Assembly (NCBI GenBank): GCA_963733035.1
Contig: CAVTBU010000005.1
Location: 1,600,001 to 1,664,000, forward strand
Reading direction: 5' to 3'
DNA from: Pirellulales bacterium
Lineage (GTDB): Bacteria; Planctomycetota; Planctomycetia; Pirellulales; PALSA-1355
Length of the DNA stretch: 64,000 bases
The notes under the pieces were generated by a model. That model saw only the letters and a program-made list of their open reading frames with translations. It was not told where the DNA came from and made no database searches. Shown here piece after piece: positions 21,760-35,000 of this stretch. Within the stretch, counting starts at the first letter, position 1; every line of letters starts with the position of its first letter. The translations under genes were made by a program, and so were the position numbers.

Positions 21760-21985
21760 AGCGGAAGTCGCGCCAGTTGGGGAGGCCGCTGCGCGTACCT
21801 TGGCGGTTTCGAGCGCGTTGAAGGTTTAGGAGTCGAATTCGCCGCGGATCCATTCCAACAGGTGGTTCTGGTTTTTGGTGCTTGGGATCATGGATGATTA
21901 GCAGAAAGTCGGCGTATCCCCAAGGGCCCTCCCACGTCTTCGGGCGGATAGGCACGGGCGCCTTCGAGGCAGCGAGGGTACTTCG
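21760..21985 (-). pseudogene. Remnant of a plasmid pRiA4b ORF-3 family gene (C-terminal part)
   Basis: KYPRCLEGARAYPPEDVGGP / WGYADFLLIIHDPKH / LLEWIRGEFDS* across two frameshifts and an in-frame TAA. Confidence 0.8.
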
Positions 21986-22259
21986 TGCTAGCCTCTGGGG
22001 GCTGCTTGCCCTCGCAGGCGACTTAATCGTTCGCCGACGGTTTGACTGCCATGCCAAAAGGAAGATTGAATTGTCCAATTCCGCTGCCGTACGTCCCGAA
22101 GCTTTGGACGAATTGATATTGGGCTAGCGCACCTTGGCTGTCGAAGAACAAAACGCCGCCACAATGCAGCCATGTCGAAAGGCGTTGTCGAATTCAATTG
22201 GGTATCCTAGTTCTGATTCGCGAATAGCTCATGGCGCACAAAACCCGGCATTCAAAGAC

Positions 22260-23045
22260 TCAATTGCTATGCGTACTACGGCGAAACTGTGACCAAACTG
22301 CAACGAGCAACATCGCAGTCACCCCAAGCGTTACCGCGCTGGGTTCCGGGACGCCGACGATTAGTGTGCCGCCAGTAAATGAGTTCGGAAGGTGGTCAGT
22401 AAAATCTCCGGCGCCCTCGGCGTTGTTGGTGTATGTTCCCCAGGGGTTCCCCGAGATCGGCGTAACTTCGATTGTTGTGGGCGACAATCCGGTTCTTTCT
22501 ACTACCAATGAGCCGATAAGGGTTGGATAGCCTAGAGCATCTGCAGCGCCCGCGCCCGGCCGACTTGGCTCGCCGTATTGGCGATTCTTCGCTTCACCCG
22601 GGGACGCTTCCACGATGATGCTCTTCAAGTCGTTCGTGTCGATGCCAAAGTCGGCATTGCTGAATTGCCAGTGCATCTGTGCGCCGCCGATCGAAGGACC
22701 GTTGCTGTCGAACTGGTTAAGGTTGGGCGCCAGTGGATAGAAGCCATTGGCCTGGGCGGTGCCCGGGTCCATCCAGCCGGAGCTGTTCGCCAACCCCGCT
22801 CCCAATTCAACATTGAACAGCGCGGTCCAAAAATCCTCGTCAACCGCGGCGTCGGCCAATGTCATGCGAAATTCAATTTGCAAGAAGCCGCCTGCTGGAG
22901 TGGACGCTCCATTGTCGGGCAACGCTCCCAATGGGGCGAGCGTGCTGCTGAAGCTCTGCACGTAGTGCGGATCAATTTGCAGCGTGGCGGCCTGCGTCGC
23001 AGTTGCAAACGTGATTGCGACCAAAAAGGCGGTGAATCGAATCAT
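22260..23045 (-). CDS. PEP-CTERM sorted surface protein, possibly cohesin-like beta-sandwich
   Basis: Signal peptide; C-terminal VPEPS + TM + RR; starts 3 nt after the giant gene stops. Confidence 0.88.
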   Translation of the reverse strand: MIRFTAFLVAITFATATQAATLQIDPHYVQSFSSTLAPLGALPDNGASTPAGGFLQIEFRMTLADAAVDEDFWTALFNVELGAGLANSSGWMDPGTAQANGFYPLAPNLNQFDSNGPSIGGAQMHWQFSNADFGIDTNDLKSIIVEASPGEAKNRQYGEPSRPGAGAADALGYPTLIGSLVVERTGLSPTTIEVTPISGNPWGTYTNNAEGAGDFTDHLPNSFTGGTLIVGVPEPSAVTLGVTAMLLVAVWSQFRRSTHSN

Positions 23046-23048
23046 TGT

Positions 23049-26000
23049 TTATTTCTCTGCGTGATACTTATTGGGGCCGGTGTGGACCGCAGGTTCTGGT
23101 TCGTTTCTGTGTCTGAAGTCGGGGGCCTTTGCCAAAATGCCTGTCTTTGCAGCGGACGACCAGCGTGACGTCGACAAGGTTTCAAGCACTGCGTCATTGC
23201 AAACTTCCGTTGTGTCGTCGAGCAACGAATCCATCGATAGCGCAATGACTCGATCCCAGATGTGCAGCGGTGCTCTCCTTGGCGCAGCCGACAAGATGGT
23301 GGGGTCGCCTGGTGGAATCGACGTGCTCAGAGCGACAGGGCGAATCGTTTGTAACGAATTGGAGCCGATCCAGAATGACTCGGGATTGGCCAGCGGAGGC
23401 GTCGCGTCGACGCGTGTCGAGCCATCGCTGGCCGGCTCGGCGACGAGCTTCGCGCGGATCGCACTGGAGTGCTTTTCCAATGGCGATGTTGTTGTAGCGT
23501 TGTCCGGGAATGCCGTATTGAAAAGCATACGCACCGTTGTCAGCACCGGCATGGCGTTTTCAGCAAGCGTTGGCTGGTAGCCGGGAGACACCACGCCCCG
23601 AGACGGTTCTTCGTCGGGTTGTCCGACCGAATCGTCGCGTGCATTATCTCGCGTCATGGATCCCGGTTGCGCCACCGCAGACGCCGGTATCGACGTATCG
23701 GCGTCCATTGCGTTCGTGTCGTCCGATGGAAATCCTGTGCCGCCGACTGATGCGTCAAACACCGGATCGGAAACGGCCACAATTGGAGCGGCAACCAGCA
23801 AGCCCGGATCATCCGGCTCCGCACTACCAAGTGAAGGCTCCCCAACCGGAGCAGAAAAGCCAATGTATTTGCGTACCGTTGCGAGATCGGCAGCGTCAAC
23901 AAAGCCATCTCCGTTGAAGTCACCGGCAACCCAGTTCGGCCCGCCAAAATTACCGCCTGTACTGGTGCGCACCGTGGCAAGATCGGCCGCGTCGACGTGG
24001 CGATCGAGGTTGGCGTCGCCGTACTCGGTTCCTAGGATCGTATGGACCAGGTAATCGACGTCGCCATGATCGCTCAGCCCGTCGCCATTGAGGTCGGCCG
24101 CCGGGTTGTGGTTTCCAACGAGGAAGAACAGATAGTCGATGTCCTGGGCATCGACCAGACCATTGCCGTCGACGTCGCCGACTGGGGGGCTGGTCACCTC
24201 GAATTCGTAAGCGGACTGGTTCCAGTTGTCGTAGATGAAAAGTGAGTAGTGTCCGGCAACCGGCAGCATGAGCCCCTGGAAGGTTAGCACTCCGGCGTCC
24301 GAGGCCAACACATTTATTGCGCCGTTGCTCAGGTTGAAATACTCGCCGGTGTCTTCATTCACGGCGGCAACAGAAACGGAGCCGAGGTAGCTCGTTAGTA
24401 CGCCGCCCTGATCGTTGCGAGCCGTCACGGTCAGATCGAAGGGCACCCCGGACTGAATGTTTTGGGGGATCGTCTGAAATGAGAAGTTGACCGCCAAGAC
24501 ACCCAGCGGGAAGTTCGTTTCGACAACGCCATCGCGAATGGTCAGCGTCTGGTCACCGGCGGAGTCGAACGACAGCCCTTGAAACGTGTGCTGACCGAGG
24601 TCGACAGGAGTGATTACCGCCGCGGTATCTGCGCTGGTCGCGATCGGTCTCGAAGTGCTAAGCGCGATCAGGCCGGTGTAATCGGGTAGCGGTTGTCCAT
24701 CGGCGTCCAGAGCACGAATGCCAAAATCAAAAGTCTGGCCCACATAAACCACTGTGGGACTTGCCGCCGTTGCCTCAAACCGTGAAGCGACCGGAACGGT
24801 CACCAGAAACTGACCGTTGAGGTGGCCATCCGTGCTGCGGGCCAAAAGTGCATAGTTTCCCAAACTGGGTAGCACGACGTTGGTGAAAGTGACGCGTCCG
24901 TCGATGGCAGTTTGTGTGCCTCCGCCCAACACGTGCGACGTGCCGGAAGTGTCGACATAGGACAGCTCGACGGCGCCCGTATATCCGGGCGCAAAGACAC
25001 CGCGATCGTCTTCCGCTTGGAGCGTCACGTCGAACGGCTGGCCGACATCGGCCACGGTGGGAGTGTCGGCGGTGCCTCCGAACCGCGTAATCGGGTGCAC
25101 GACTATCGGGAGTTGGGTGGAGACCGCGCCGCTGGTGACGGTCAACATGTCCGTGATGGGACTGGTGCCGGGGTTGTTGAGCACGTGCGCGGGCAATGTG
25201 AAAGCGCCGGCGGCAAAGTTGCCCAACACGGAGAACACCACGTTGCCTTGATTATCGACCAGTTCAGCGGTCACTGCGTCCGCGGAATCGGCAATCAGAT
25301 TGCCGCTGCCGTCCTCGGCGGCAAGGCCACCGCTTACCATCTGGCCGGCCGTCACGTCGCTGGCGAAGCCGGACACTTTGATTTGGGACAGCGGCGTGTT
25401 GGTGACAGTCGCCGTCGGTTCGGGCAGATCAAGATAGTCGTTGGCCGAGACTTGTCCGTCGGCGCTAGTGGCCGTGAGCGAGACATTGAAGTAGCCAACG
25501 CCCGTGGGGCCAGGCATGAAAGTGATTGTCGATTGGTTGCCAGTGGCGACCACGATGTATTGATACGCCGAGGTATAGGTTGATACTTGCCAGTTGAACG
25601 AGGCGCCCGGGGCTAGTGCGCCGTCGAGCTGTGCTGTGAGCGTGACGGGCGCGTCGATTGGCCACCCGCCACTCGGCGCGCCGGCGATGTGGACTGCCAG
25701 CTCTGTCTGCGTGGGTCCGCCCCCGCTGCCCGCTTGAATGACTCCATCGGTAGCGAGGTCGTCGTCCCCGCGCCCGCCGTCGACCAGGTGCAGGATGATT
25801 TGACCGTTCGGCAGGAACTCGGCGCCGGTTGTGCTGGCGTCGTTGTCGTCGGTCTGGTGCTGGTAGAGGAAATTGTACCAGTCATAGTTGTCTGGATGAG
25901 CTGGTGTCGTGCCGTACTCACGATAGTCGGTCCAATCGCGTCCGGCCGGCGGAGTGATCGACAGCTCGGTTGCCTCGCCGGGCGTCAGTCCCTCGATTTG

Positions 26001-29000
26001 AAATTGGATTTGCCCAAGCGCGAAGTCGAGAACCGCCGCGGAGTCGTAGTAGCCTGGAGAGGACAGCGACGCGCTGAGCGTGGTCCCCGCTCGGGACTCG
26101 AGAGTCACGTAGCCACCATGGATCGTATCGGCCAGTTGCAGAACGTTCGACGCCGATGCAGTTACGGTCCACTCGAATGTTCGATCGCTGGCATGCAGTC
26201 CGTCGTCGGCATGGATCGTGACGTAAAACTGCCCGGGCAACGACGACTGAGGCGCAACCGTGCCGACGATGTGCCCTGTGGCCGGATCGATGTCCAACCC
26301 TAGCGGCAGGCCGCTGGCGGAAAATGTGATTGGCAGCCCCAGGTCGCGCTGCAACGTGATCGGCAGGTCAACCGCCGTTCCGACTGGTGTCGCCTGATCC
26401 GCGGGCGTGTCCAGAATGATCGTCGGCGCGACGGACCACTGGAAACTGATTGGGTAGACGAAGTTGATCGTCTGATCTGTCACCGTGACAGTCGCGTGGT
26501 AAGGCGAGTTGGCATCGGCGTACGCGTCGATCGTGCCGTTGATCGAGTGGCTACCGGGATCGAAGGTGAGGCCAGGCGGCAATCCGTCGGCAGCGTAAGT
26601 GAAGCTGTGGCCATACGGATTGTTGCTCACGCCGGCATAGGCGTAGACCGTGTCGCCGACAAAGCTGCTTTGGTCGCCCGGCACGTACACGCCAAAGCCA
26701 GGCTCGGTGGTCCAGTTGAAGCTAGTGGAGACCGTCGACGCGCCGTCGGTTGCGTAGACGGTAACCGAAAACGTCGGATCGTACCCGTAATACGCATGGT
26801 AGAAGTAGATCGAACCGCCGATAACTCCCGTGTTCTGATCAATGTAGAGATAGCTGGGCAGTCCCGCCGCCGAGAAGCTCAGCGTTTGGTTATTCGGATT
26901 GAGGACCTGCATGGCCAGGCTGATCGGCACGCCTTCGGGCGTCAGTTGATTGCCTGGATTGACGAGCGAGAAACTCGGCAACACGCTCCAAACAAAACTC
27001 GCGGATCCGCTGCGCGCGCCGTCGCTGGCCGACACCTCGACTGTGTAGGGAGACCCGCCAGCAGCATCAACCGAAATAGTTCCGCTTATCAATCCACTTT
27101 GTGGATCGATCGATAGCCCGGCTGGCAGACCGGTTGCCGAATATGTTAACGGTTGGCCATAGATGCTGGTCGATTGGATCGCCAACGTCGCCGCCGATCC
27201 GGCGGTCGCCGACTGCGGACCCGGGTCGACCACGACAATGCCTGGCAACACGGTCAACGCAAAACTGCCACTGGTTGCGTTGTATCCATCGGTGACCGAG
27301 ACGGAGATTTGGTAAGGCGACGCGTTGGCGGCGGCTTCCGCCATCGAGCCGGAGATCACACCGGTCTGCGTGTCGATCGACAGGCCGGTCGGCAAGCCTG
27401 TTGCCGCGAATGTGAAAGTGCCGAGCCCCCCCAGGATTTGGATCTGAAGTGGAGCGATGTTGGCTCCGACTTGGCGCGTCTGGCTACCGGGGCCGATCCA
27501 ATCGATCGGTACAATCTCAACGTTGCTGGTCAGGCCCTCGATGCGAGGCGCGACGCCGTTTGCCAGATCGAAGGGCACGTTGTGCCAGAAAGTCGACGAA
27601 CCGTAGTACAGCGAGTCAATGCCCGCTCCGCCGTCGACATTCCCATGCACGACGCCGGCGTTATAAAAACCGTTGACAAAACTGAAGGTGTCAGCGTCCG
27701 CGCCGCCTTGCAAGTTGCCAATGCTCTGGTAGCTGACGGCCGTGCCATCCAGGTTACTCGCGGATGTATCCTGGTAGATGTTCCACGTGTTCGGTTGATC
27801 CGGGCCAATCAGAGTGTCGGCCAGGCCCGCGCCTCGGATCGAGTAGTAGAATCCATTTGGCAGACTCATGACATGAAAGACGTTGCCGCCGGCTCCGCCG
27901 CGGAATGAGGTCGAAAACCGCGTGCCGATCAAAGTAATCGGTCCGGGGGCCATTCCGCTGACAAGTGCATTGCCGTTACCGTTGGCTTGTAGATCAATGT
28001 TGCGGCCGACGGTGTCTGAGGAGTTGTCCAGCGTGAGACCGATATAGCCCTTCGTCGGATCGTTGGAATAGATGTCCACCGCTCCTCGAATCGCCTGCAT
28101 ATTGCCCGCTTGACCGAGGTTAACGATTTCGGTTCTCTGGGTGCCGGTCGGTTGCCCGCCCGGATTGATCTGCAGCGGCCCGGAGGTTCCATAGACGTCG
28201 ATCTGTTGCGTCCCGGCGCCAAGGACCGTGCCCGCCATTCCCGTATCGCTGACGACGATGGGCCCGAAGTTGATCGCGACGTGCGTGTTGTCGCCGGCGT
28301 AGCGAACGTCCCAGTACACAGTGCTGCCGGATTGCAACCTCAGGGAAAGCTGATCGTTCTGGATGGGATCCAAATACAGCGTCCCCGCCGGGGTGGTCGG
28401 AAATGGAGTACCGACAGGTGTCTTGTCAACCGAGAGCTCGATGGCGTGGGGCTGCGACGGATCTTCGCTGATGTTGATCTGCGGAGCCCCGCTGAGGCCG
28501 GGAATCGCCGCGTATTGTGTCGGCATGAGCGCGACATTCCAGGCGCCGATGATATTGATCGGCGCCGAGGAGTTCGCGACCGTGCTGGCTGCGCCTGCGT
28601 AGAGATTCATAGTCGGCGGTGCGGCCGCGACGTCGTACGAGCTCATCGCGCTGCCGCGCACGCTTAGATTGTGAGCGCGATTGTAAAACGTGCTGAAATA
28701 GATCGGCGCCGGGGCAAAGTTGTTCAGCTCTTTGTAAAATGCCAGTGCGCTATAGTACTCGTTGTGCGTGCTGGTCACGATGCTGTAGGGCGCTGCTGAA
28801 TAGGTGTGCGCCGTGAAGCTAACCTGCTGCCGCGAGCTTTCGGCGCTGCCGTCGATGGTCGTCACTGTGGCGGAGTTCAGATGTGAGTCGCCGGCCAGTA
28901 GAACAGGACCGTCCAGTCCTTGCACGCTGCCGGCACTTCCCAAGGTTAACTGAGGAACGGACCAGCCATCGTCCCAAGACAAGTGGCCGGTCGGCTGACC

Positions 29001-32000
29001 TGTAGCGGTCGACCAGTTGAATTGGACGCCGCCGGTAAGAAGCGCCGAAAAGAGTTGGCCCAAGACCAACGGGCCGGTAGTCCCAGCCACAACGACAGGG
29101 CCGGCTGTGAACGACGTGTCCGAGTCCGAGAGCAACGTACTGATGACGGTCGTAGCACCCGCCGGCGTGTTGGATACGGTCGTTGCCACCGCGACATGAG
29201 AAGGCAACTGGATGCTGAGCCCAGGTAGTTGCGTCACTTCAAGATCGAGCGTAGTGCGGAAATTGCCCGAGTTCGCAGTCGACGGGGCATCGATCAGATC
29301 GAAGAAATGAATGGGCGCTGCGGCGATTCCCGTCAATTGAGTCGCGGTCAACTCGACGTCCGGCGTTACGTCGGTGTGGTCCTGGATTCCCGTTGGCAAC
29401 GGAATGTCGGCAATGACGCGCAGCGACGCCTGACTCACGCTGACGTCGGCCTGAATGGTGTCCAACAAGCTATACGCACCGACGGAGTCGTCTCCCCAGC
29501 CGGGCAGTACCGACGACGAGCCTGGTTGGATCGGGAATGAGAACAGCGGATTGATCTCCACGCGCGTTCCCAGTCCGTTGCCCTGGACGTCGATCGGGCC
29601 TTGCGCCGACCCGATCAGGATCTCTTCGACGCCGTACCTGTTGTTCGGATTCGAAATATAGTGGACCGGAGACGACAGCGGATTGTTGATGAGCACCGTG
29701 GGTCCCGGCTTGCTGAGCGCCATTGGATTGCCGATCTCGACCGGGCCGTAGAAGTACACCTCGGTATTGGCGCCGTAGAGCACGTCGCCACTGGCGAGAT
29801 AGCGCAGGTCGCCCATGCCTGGGAAGTTAGGATTCGACCAAATGCCGTCGATCGTAGACCCCAGGTTCTGATCGCTAGTCGTCTCGTCCGAAGTGTCGAA
29901 CACCAGCGTCGCCTGACCGTGGCCGGTGAAGTCGAGGAACACCGGCAGCGGCTTCTGCGTCTCGTATGAGTTCACATAATGTATCAACGTGAGCGGCGGC
30001 ACGACGACTTGCGTGAAGGCTGGCTGGAGTGCGAGATCCCGCAGGATCCAGCCCACATTGGAGTAGTCAGTTATCAGTCCGCCGGTTTGCTCGTAGCGGT
30101 CTTGCGAATCGAAGACGTCGGCAACATGGCCGACGACATCGATCGAACCATCCGAATTTAATCGCCTGCCAACGTATAACGCAAAGTTGCCGGTGACGTA
30201 GAGCGGCATTACCGACTTACCCATCACATAGACGCCGGAGGGAGTTCCCGTGTCGACAAAATTCCGAATCGTCGTCGTGGGCGCTGTGTTGGGAGTGCCT
30301 TCGACGTCGAACTGATCGAGCGGGCTGGCGCTGATCGTAAAGTCTCCCTCCAGCAAATCGAACGTCATGGTGGGATGAGTCCCCGCGTCGGTGCTCCAGC
30401 CCGAGAGCGTTCTGGAGGTCAACGTCAGGTTGTCCGGCGATGTTCCCTGGCGATCGTCGATGTCCTTGAGCCACACCAGATAGGCGTTGACATCTCCTTG
30501 GATGTCGGCCAATCGGCCGGTGCCCACCGTCATGCTAGTGCCGGCATGGTGCACGACGCTTCCAGCCGCCAACAAATGTGCCAGGTCGCTGCTGAAGATG
30601 GGCGGGGTTCCGGTCACCGTGACGGCCAACTCTGGATTGACCTTCGTCAGATTCACGGACGTCTGTCCAAACGTGGCGATCGCGCCGGTGTGGAGACTGC
30701 CGAACGCATCCATCAAGGCTTTGGCCGTCGCGTAATCGGGCTCCTCAACGTTGAACGCCAAATCACCGCGCAATTGCGAGGCATCTAGGTTGACGTTGTT
30801 GTCGGTTGTCGTGGGATTCGGGTTGCTCGGAAAGATCCGCACGGTAGCCGTTTTGGCGTATTCAGAGCCAAGATAGACCGGCGTGCCGCCGGGCGGCACC
30901 ACGAACGCGCTGTACGTCAGGCCGACGTTGTCAATAAAGTCGACTCCCGTCAAACCATTGCCCACAAGAATCGGCGGTTCACCATGGCCAGTGGTCGGCA
31001 CAAACTCAGTGGACAGCACGGCAAAGAAATCCGTCGGAGCAGGATTTGCATAGTAGGTCCCAAACGAACCGGCATAAGGCTCATACGGCTTCGGCGGATC
31101 GGCAACGAAACCGAATGCTCCTAGCTCGATTTGCGCGTCGCCTTGTTGCGTTGGCGCGACCTTGAAGAGGGTTGGCGCGGTGACGCTCAGGCTGTCCTCG
31201 GGAATGGAGCCGAGCACGTACAACGTGTTATATGCGTGCAAGACTGAGTCGTTCGTACCGATCGGGTCGAGCGAGATGTCGCCCGCGCGGACGAGCGCGG
31301 AAATGTCGTTCGGTGCCGAGGGATTGGTGCCCGCCAGTCGAGCCTTACCATCGACATAGAAGATTCCCGGTCCCGTCTTCCGCAGATTCGCGTCGACGCT
31401 TCCGCCCGGCAGGTAGATGTAGATCTGGTCCTCAGCTCGGTAGCCATCGACCGTTAGATCGAGGCCCACCGTTTGATTCAAGACGTGCAAGTTGCCCATG
31501 CCGTCGATGACATACTGGGCGTCAGGAGGGTCTAAGTCGCCGTCGAGGATCACCTCGGCCAGCGGCGTTCCAGCATGGTATACGTGGACGGGAATCGCCA
31601 GGCTGATCAGGTGCTTGACCCGTTCTTCCGCGCCGGTGATCGGATCCAGCCGACGACCGAGATAAACTCCGAAGTTGTTGTAGATATCCAAAGGCACCGA
31701 CCAATTTGGCGAAAAGATGGCGTCGCGCGTTTCGAGCCAGGAATTGCTGACTGCGCTGCTGGTGACGCCGGACGGCGTGCCATCGAGACTGATGCGATCA
31801 CCCTCGCCCAGTTGGACCGACAATGCCCCGTCGAGCACGTCGTAGGTCAGGGTCGGAAGCTGTGCCAATCCAGGCACGGCCCAGCCGTAGAACGTCGTGG
31901 GGTTGAGCCACAACAGGTTTTGGCCGGGATATGGATTGATCACATCGCCGGGGTAAATCGCCGGACCATTTTCCAACGCGTTGTTGATGGTCAAGTGACC

Positions 32001-35000
32001 GTGCGAGACGCTCACGTTCCCGTGGATTCTGGCCAGGCGCCCATCGCCAATCGTCACGTGCCTCACCGGGTCTTCGAAGAGCGACGTGGTCAACTGGTTA
32101 TTCGTCGCCGAGAGGACCATGTCCTCCTGCGCATGGATCTCGAGGGCGCCTAGTAACGTCGAGGCATCAAAGGTCAATAGTTTGCCGGCCACCGGGTCGT
32201 TGCCGTTGACGAATGCCACGGTCTGGCTGAAGGTCGTGGTATCTTGCAGCCGATTGCCCAGGATCTGCACGCGATACGGGGGGGCCGCATCTTCCATGCG
32301 GATTGTCACGCCGCCGTCGGTATCGGGATAAAAGTTGTCATTGCCGTTGTGCACTTCGATGCCCACGATGTTGACGTTCGTGGAGTCGACGGGTCGCACG
32401 GTGCCGTCGACGGTTACGCGTCCGATGCCGACACCGGAGAGGTTGTTTACCTGGACCTGTCCACCGTGGAGTTTCAACAGCAGATCCTCGTCGGGATCCA
32501 AACCCACCAGTTCCAGGTTTGCCCCGGGCTGGTTGCCATAGGCACCTTGCAAGACGTCGAGGTCGTAGTAGGTCGTGCTTTCGCCTTGATCGTTCAAAAT
32601 GGGGACACCATTGGCGTCGACAAGCGTGAATAGATGCCGATTGACGAACATGGTATCGGGCACGGGTGTTGTCGGAGTATCCATCACGACGTGCGTGGGA
32701 CTGACGCGCGTGGGAGCCAGGTTCCCCACGATCTGCACGTTTCCCAAGGAACTGAGATCGCCGATATCTAGCGTGCCGCCGTTTAAATTGAGTCCCAGCA
32801 GTTGAGAGTGGTCGACGACGATGTTCGTCCGTTTGCCGGTCACCAAAAGATTGGTGCCAAAGGGGCGCAGCACGAGACTGTCGTCGTCGTTGTTGGGGAC
32901 GTCAGTTCGTTCGAAGAGCACCGTGTTGCGCGTGCCGCCATTGGTAAGCACGTGACCCTGCTCGGGATTGTCGGTGGAATACTTGAGCGCGACCTTGTAT
33001 TCGTTGATGGTCGGGCCACCGATGAACGTCGTCGAGCTACCGCCTTCGAGCAAGTTGGTGCCAATGCCGCCGATCAGAATATCGTGAGCGTCTGCCGCGG
33101 AAAGAAAGTCGCCATGAGGGCCGTGCATCAACGGCTCACCGGCCTGGGAGACTTGCGCGTTAATCAGCCCCACCACTTCCGGCGGCAACCCGCTGTAGTC
33201 GATATAGCCCGTCTGACCAACGTCAATGCGGTCGCCGAACGCCGTGACGCTCGCGGCGTTCGGGTTGGTCGATTGGAGGATGTCGTCACCGCCAGCGCCG
33301 ATCAGGATCGCCCTGCCAGCTCCTTGATACTCGAGTGCGTCGTTACCCGATCCACCGATCAATACTGCGTTGACGGGAAAGTCCTGGCCTTCCCAAGTCA
33401 AGTCATCGACGATGATCGTCTGGTCGCCAACCTCCTCGTCCTGTACGAGTTGTGGCGGGAATGAGTTGTCAAAGTGATATGCCCGGTCGGTCGCGATCAG
33501 GTCGTAGTCGGCGATGTGGGCAATGAGATCTCCCAAAACCGGATCATGGAAATAGTGGGCGACCGGAAACACCTCTTTGTGATCCGGATATTCCACGAGG
33601 ATGGCTTTGGTGTAGGCCTTAGGATCTTCCGGGTCGGGAGCGGAGAACTGCGTCATCCGCACGTAAATCTTCTCGTTTGTGGCCGACTTGTGGACGTAGA
33701 TCGTATGCCCATCCGACGTCGGCGGACCGTTCTCCGTCCCGCCGAAATCGACGATGTTCAGATGCCCTAAGTTGACGTGTGCCAGCGTAATATCGCCCCA
33801 GAACGTTGGAATGATCACGCTTAGATCCGCGGTGATGTACAGACTTCCGCCGGCACTAAATGGATTGTCGCCGTGTTCAATCTGTTGTTCCAAAGCGCTC
33901 AATCGCACGCGCTGTTGGGCATCGTTCAAATTGGGATCCAAATGAAGATTGACGTCGGCGTGCAAACCACCGCTAACCAATAGAATCGCCGCCCGCGCTT
34001 CCAAGTCCAAGCCACCCATGACGTCAATGCTGGTGGCGTAGTGATCGTAATTGTTTCCCTTCTGATCCTGGACAACACTCTTGGTGTTGTCGATGTAGAA
34101 ACCGTCCAGGACATGCTCGAACACGTGGTCCGGGTCGTTTACCGCCGCACGCAAACCCGACGTGTCGTATCCGAAGCCAAAGCTCAGGTTGAATGCGGCG
34201 CTGGGGTGCAAAAACAAACCGGCAAAGGGTGGAATGCCGAAAAGCGGAATCGGCGGCAAGTCGAGCGGGACATTGAGGCCAACCTGGAATTGAAACAGCG
34301 TGACGTTGTCGTGGCCCGTCAGCATCTGGAATACTGTGCCGGCGGGGTCTTCTAGCAGAGGAAAGTCCAACTGGGAGTACGTGCCCAACGCCGGATGAAC
34401 CAACGGTGCGCCATTGCCATCCCACTGGGTTTTTCCCGCTTGTCGCAAACCATTGGCATCGAGCGTGAAAGCATCCGTAATGGGAATGTCACCGCTATTC
34501 AGTTGGTCCACATCGAGCGTGTTGACGTAATTGATGAGCTCAAGAAAATCGCGACTGCCTGGACTTACCTGTTCAAGCAGGTCCGCCACGCTAAAATCCA
34601 CTCCCAGGTCGCTCAGCCCCGGAATGTTCGTCAGCGCAAAGTCGACGATCGGTTGAATGGGCTTCGTGAATGCCTGCACATCTTCGACGACGGTCCGCAC
34701 GAAGCCTCCGTCGCCAAACAGGCTGTCGGCCTGGAACACCAGTGCGTCGAATTGCACGTTGCTCAGCACGCCGAAACTGTCGGCGCTTAACCCCGCGGCC
34801 AATAGCTGGTTGTCCAGATGCCAGTCAAAATGAAAACCGCCCGTAATTCTCGGGTTGAACGGCAGGCCGACCGGGCCGAAATCGAGCGACATGCCCGCCA
34901 CGCCGATGTGGCTATCCGCCGAAAAACTGGCCGACGTTTGCAGATTGGGGTTCACGTCGGCCAGCAACGTGCTACTGAAAAAGCTGTCGGCTGAAAGCGA

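Noticed and set aside
33040..33370. Giant protein as an RTX toxin
   Set aside because: Only a few GGxGxD-like repeats, no toxin domain, and no type I secretion genes nearby
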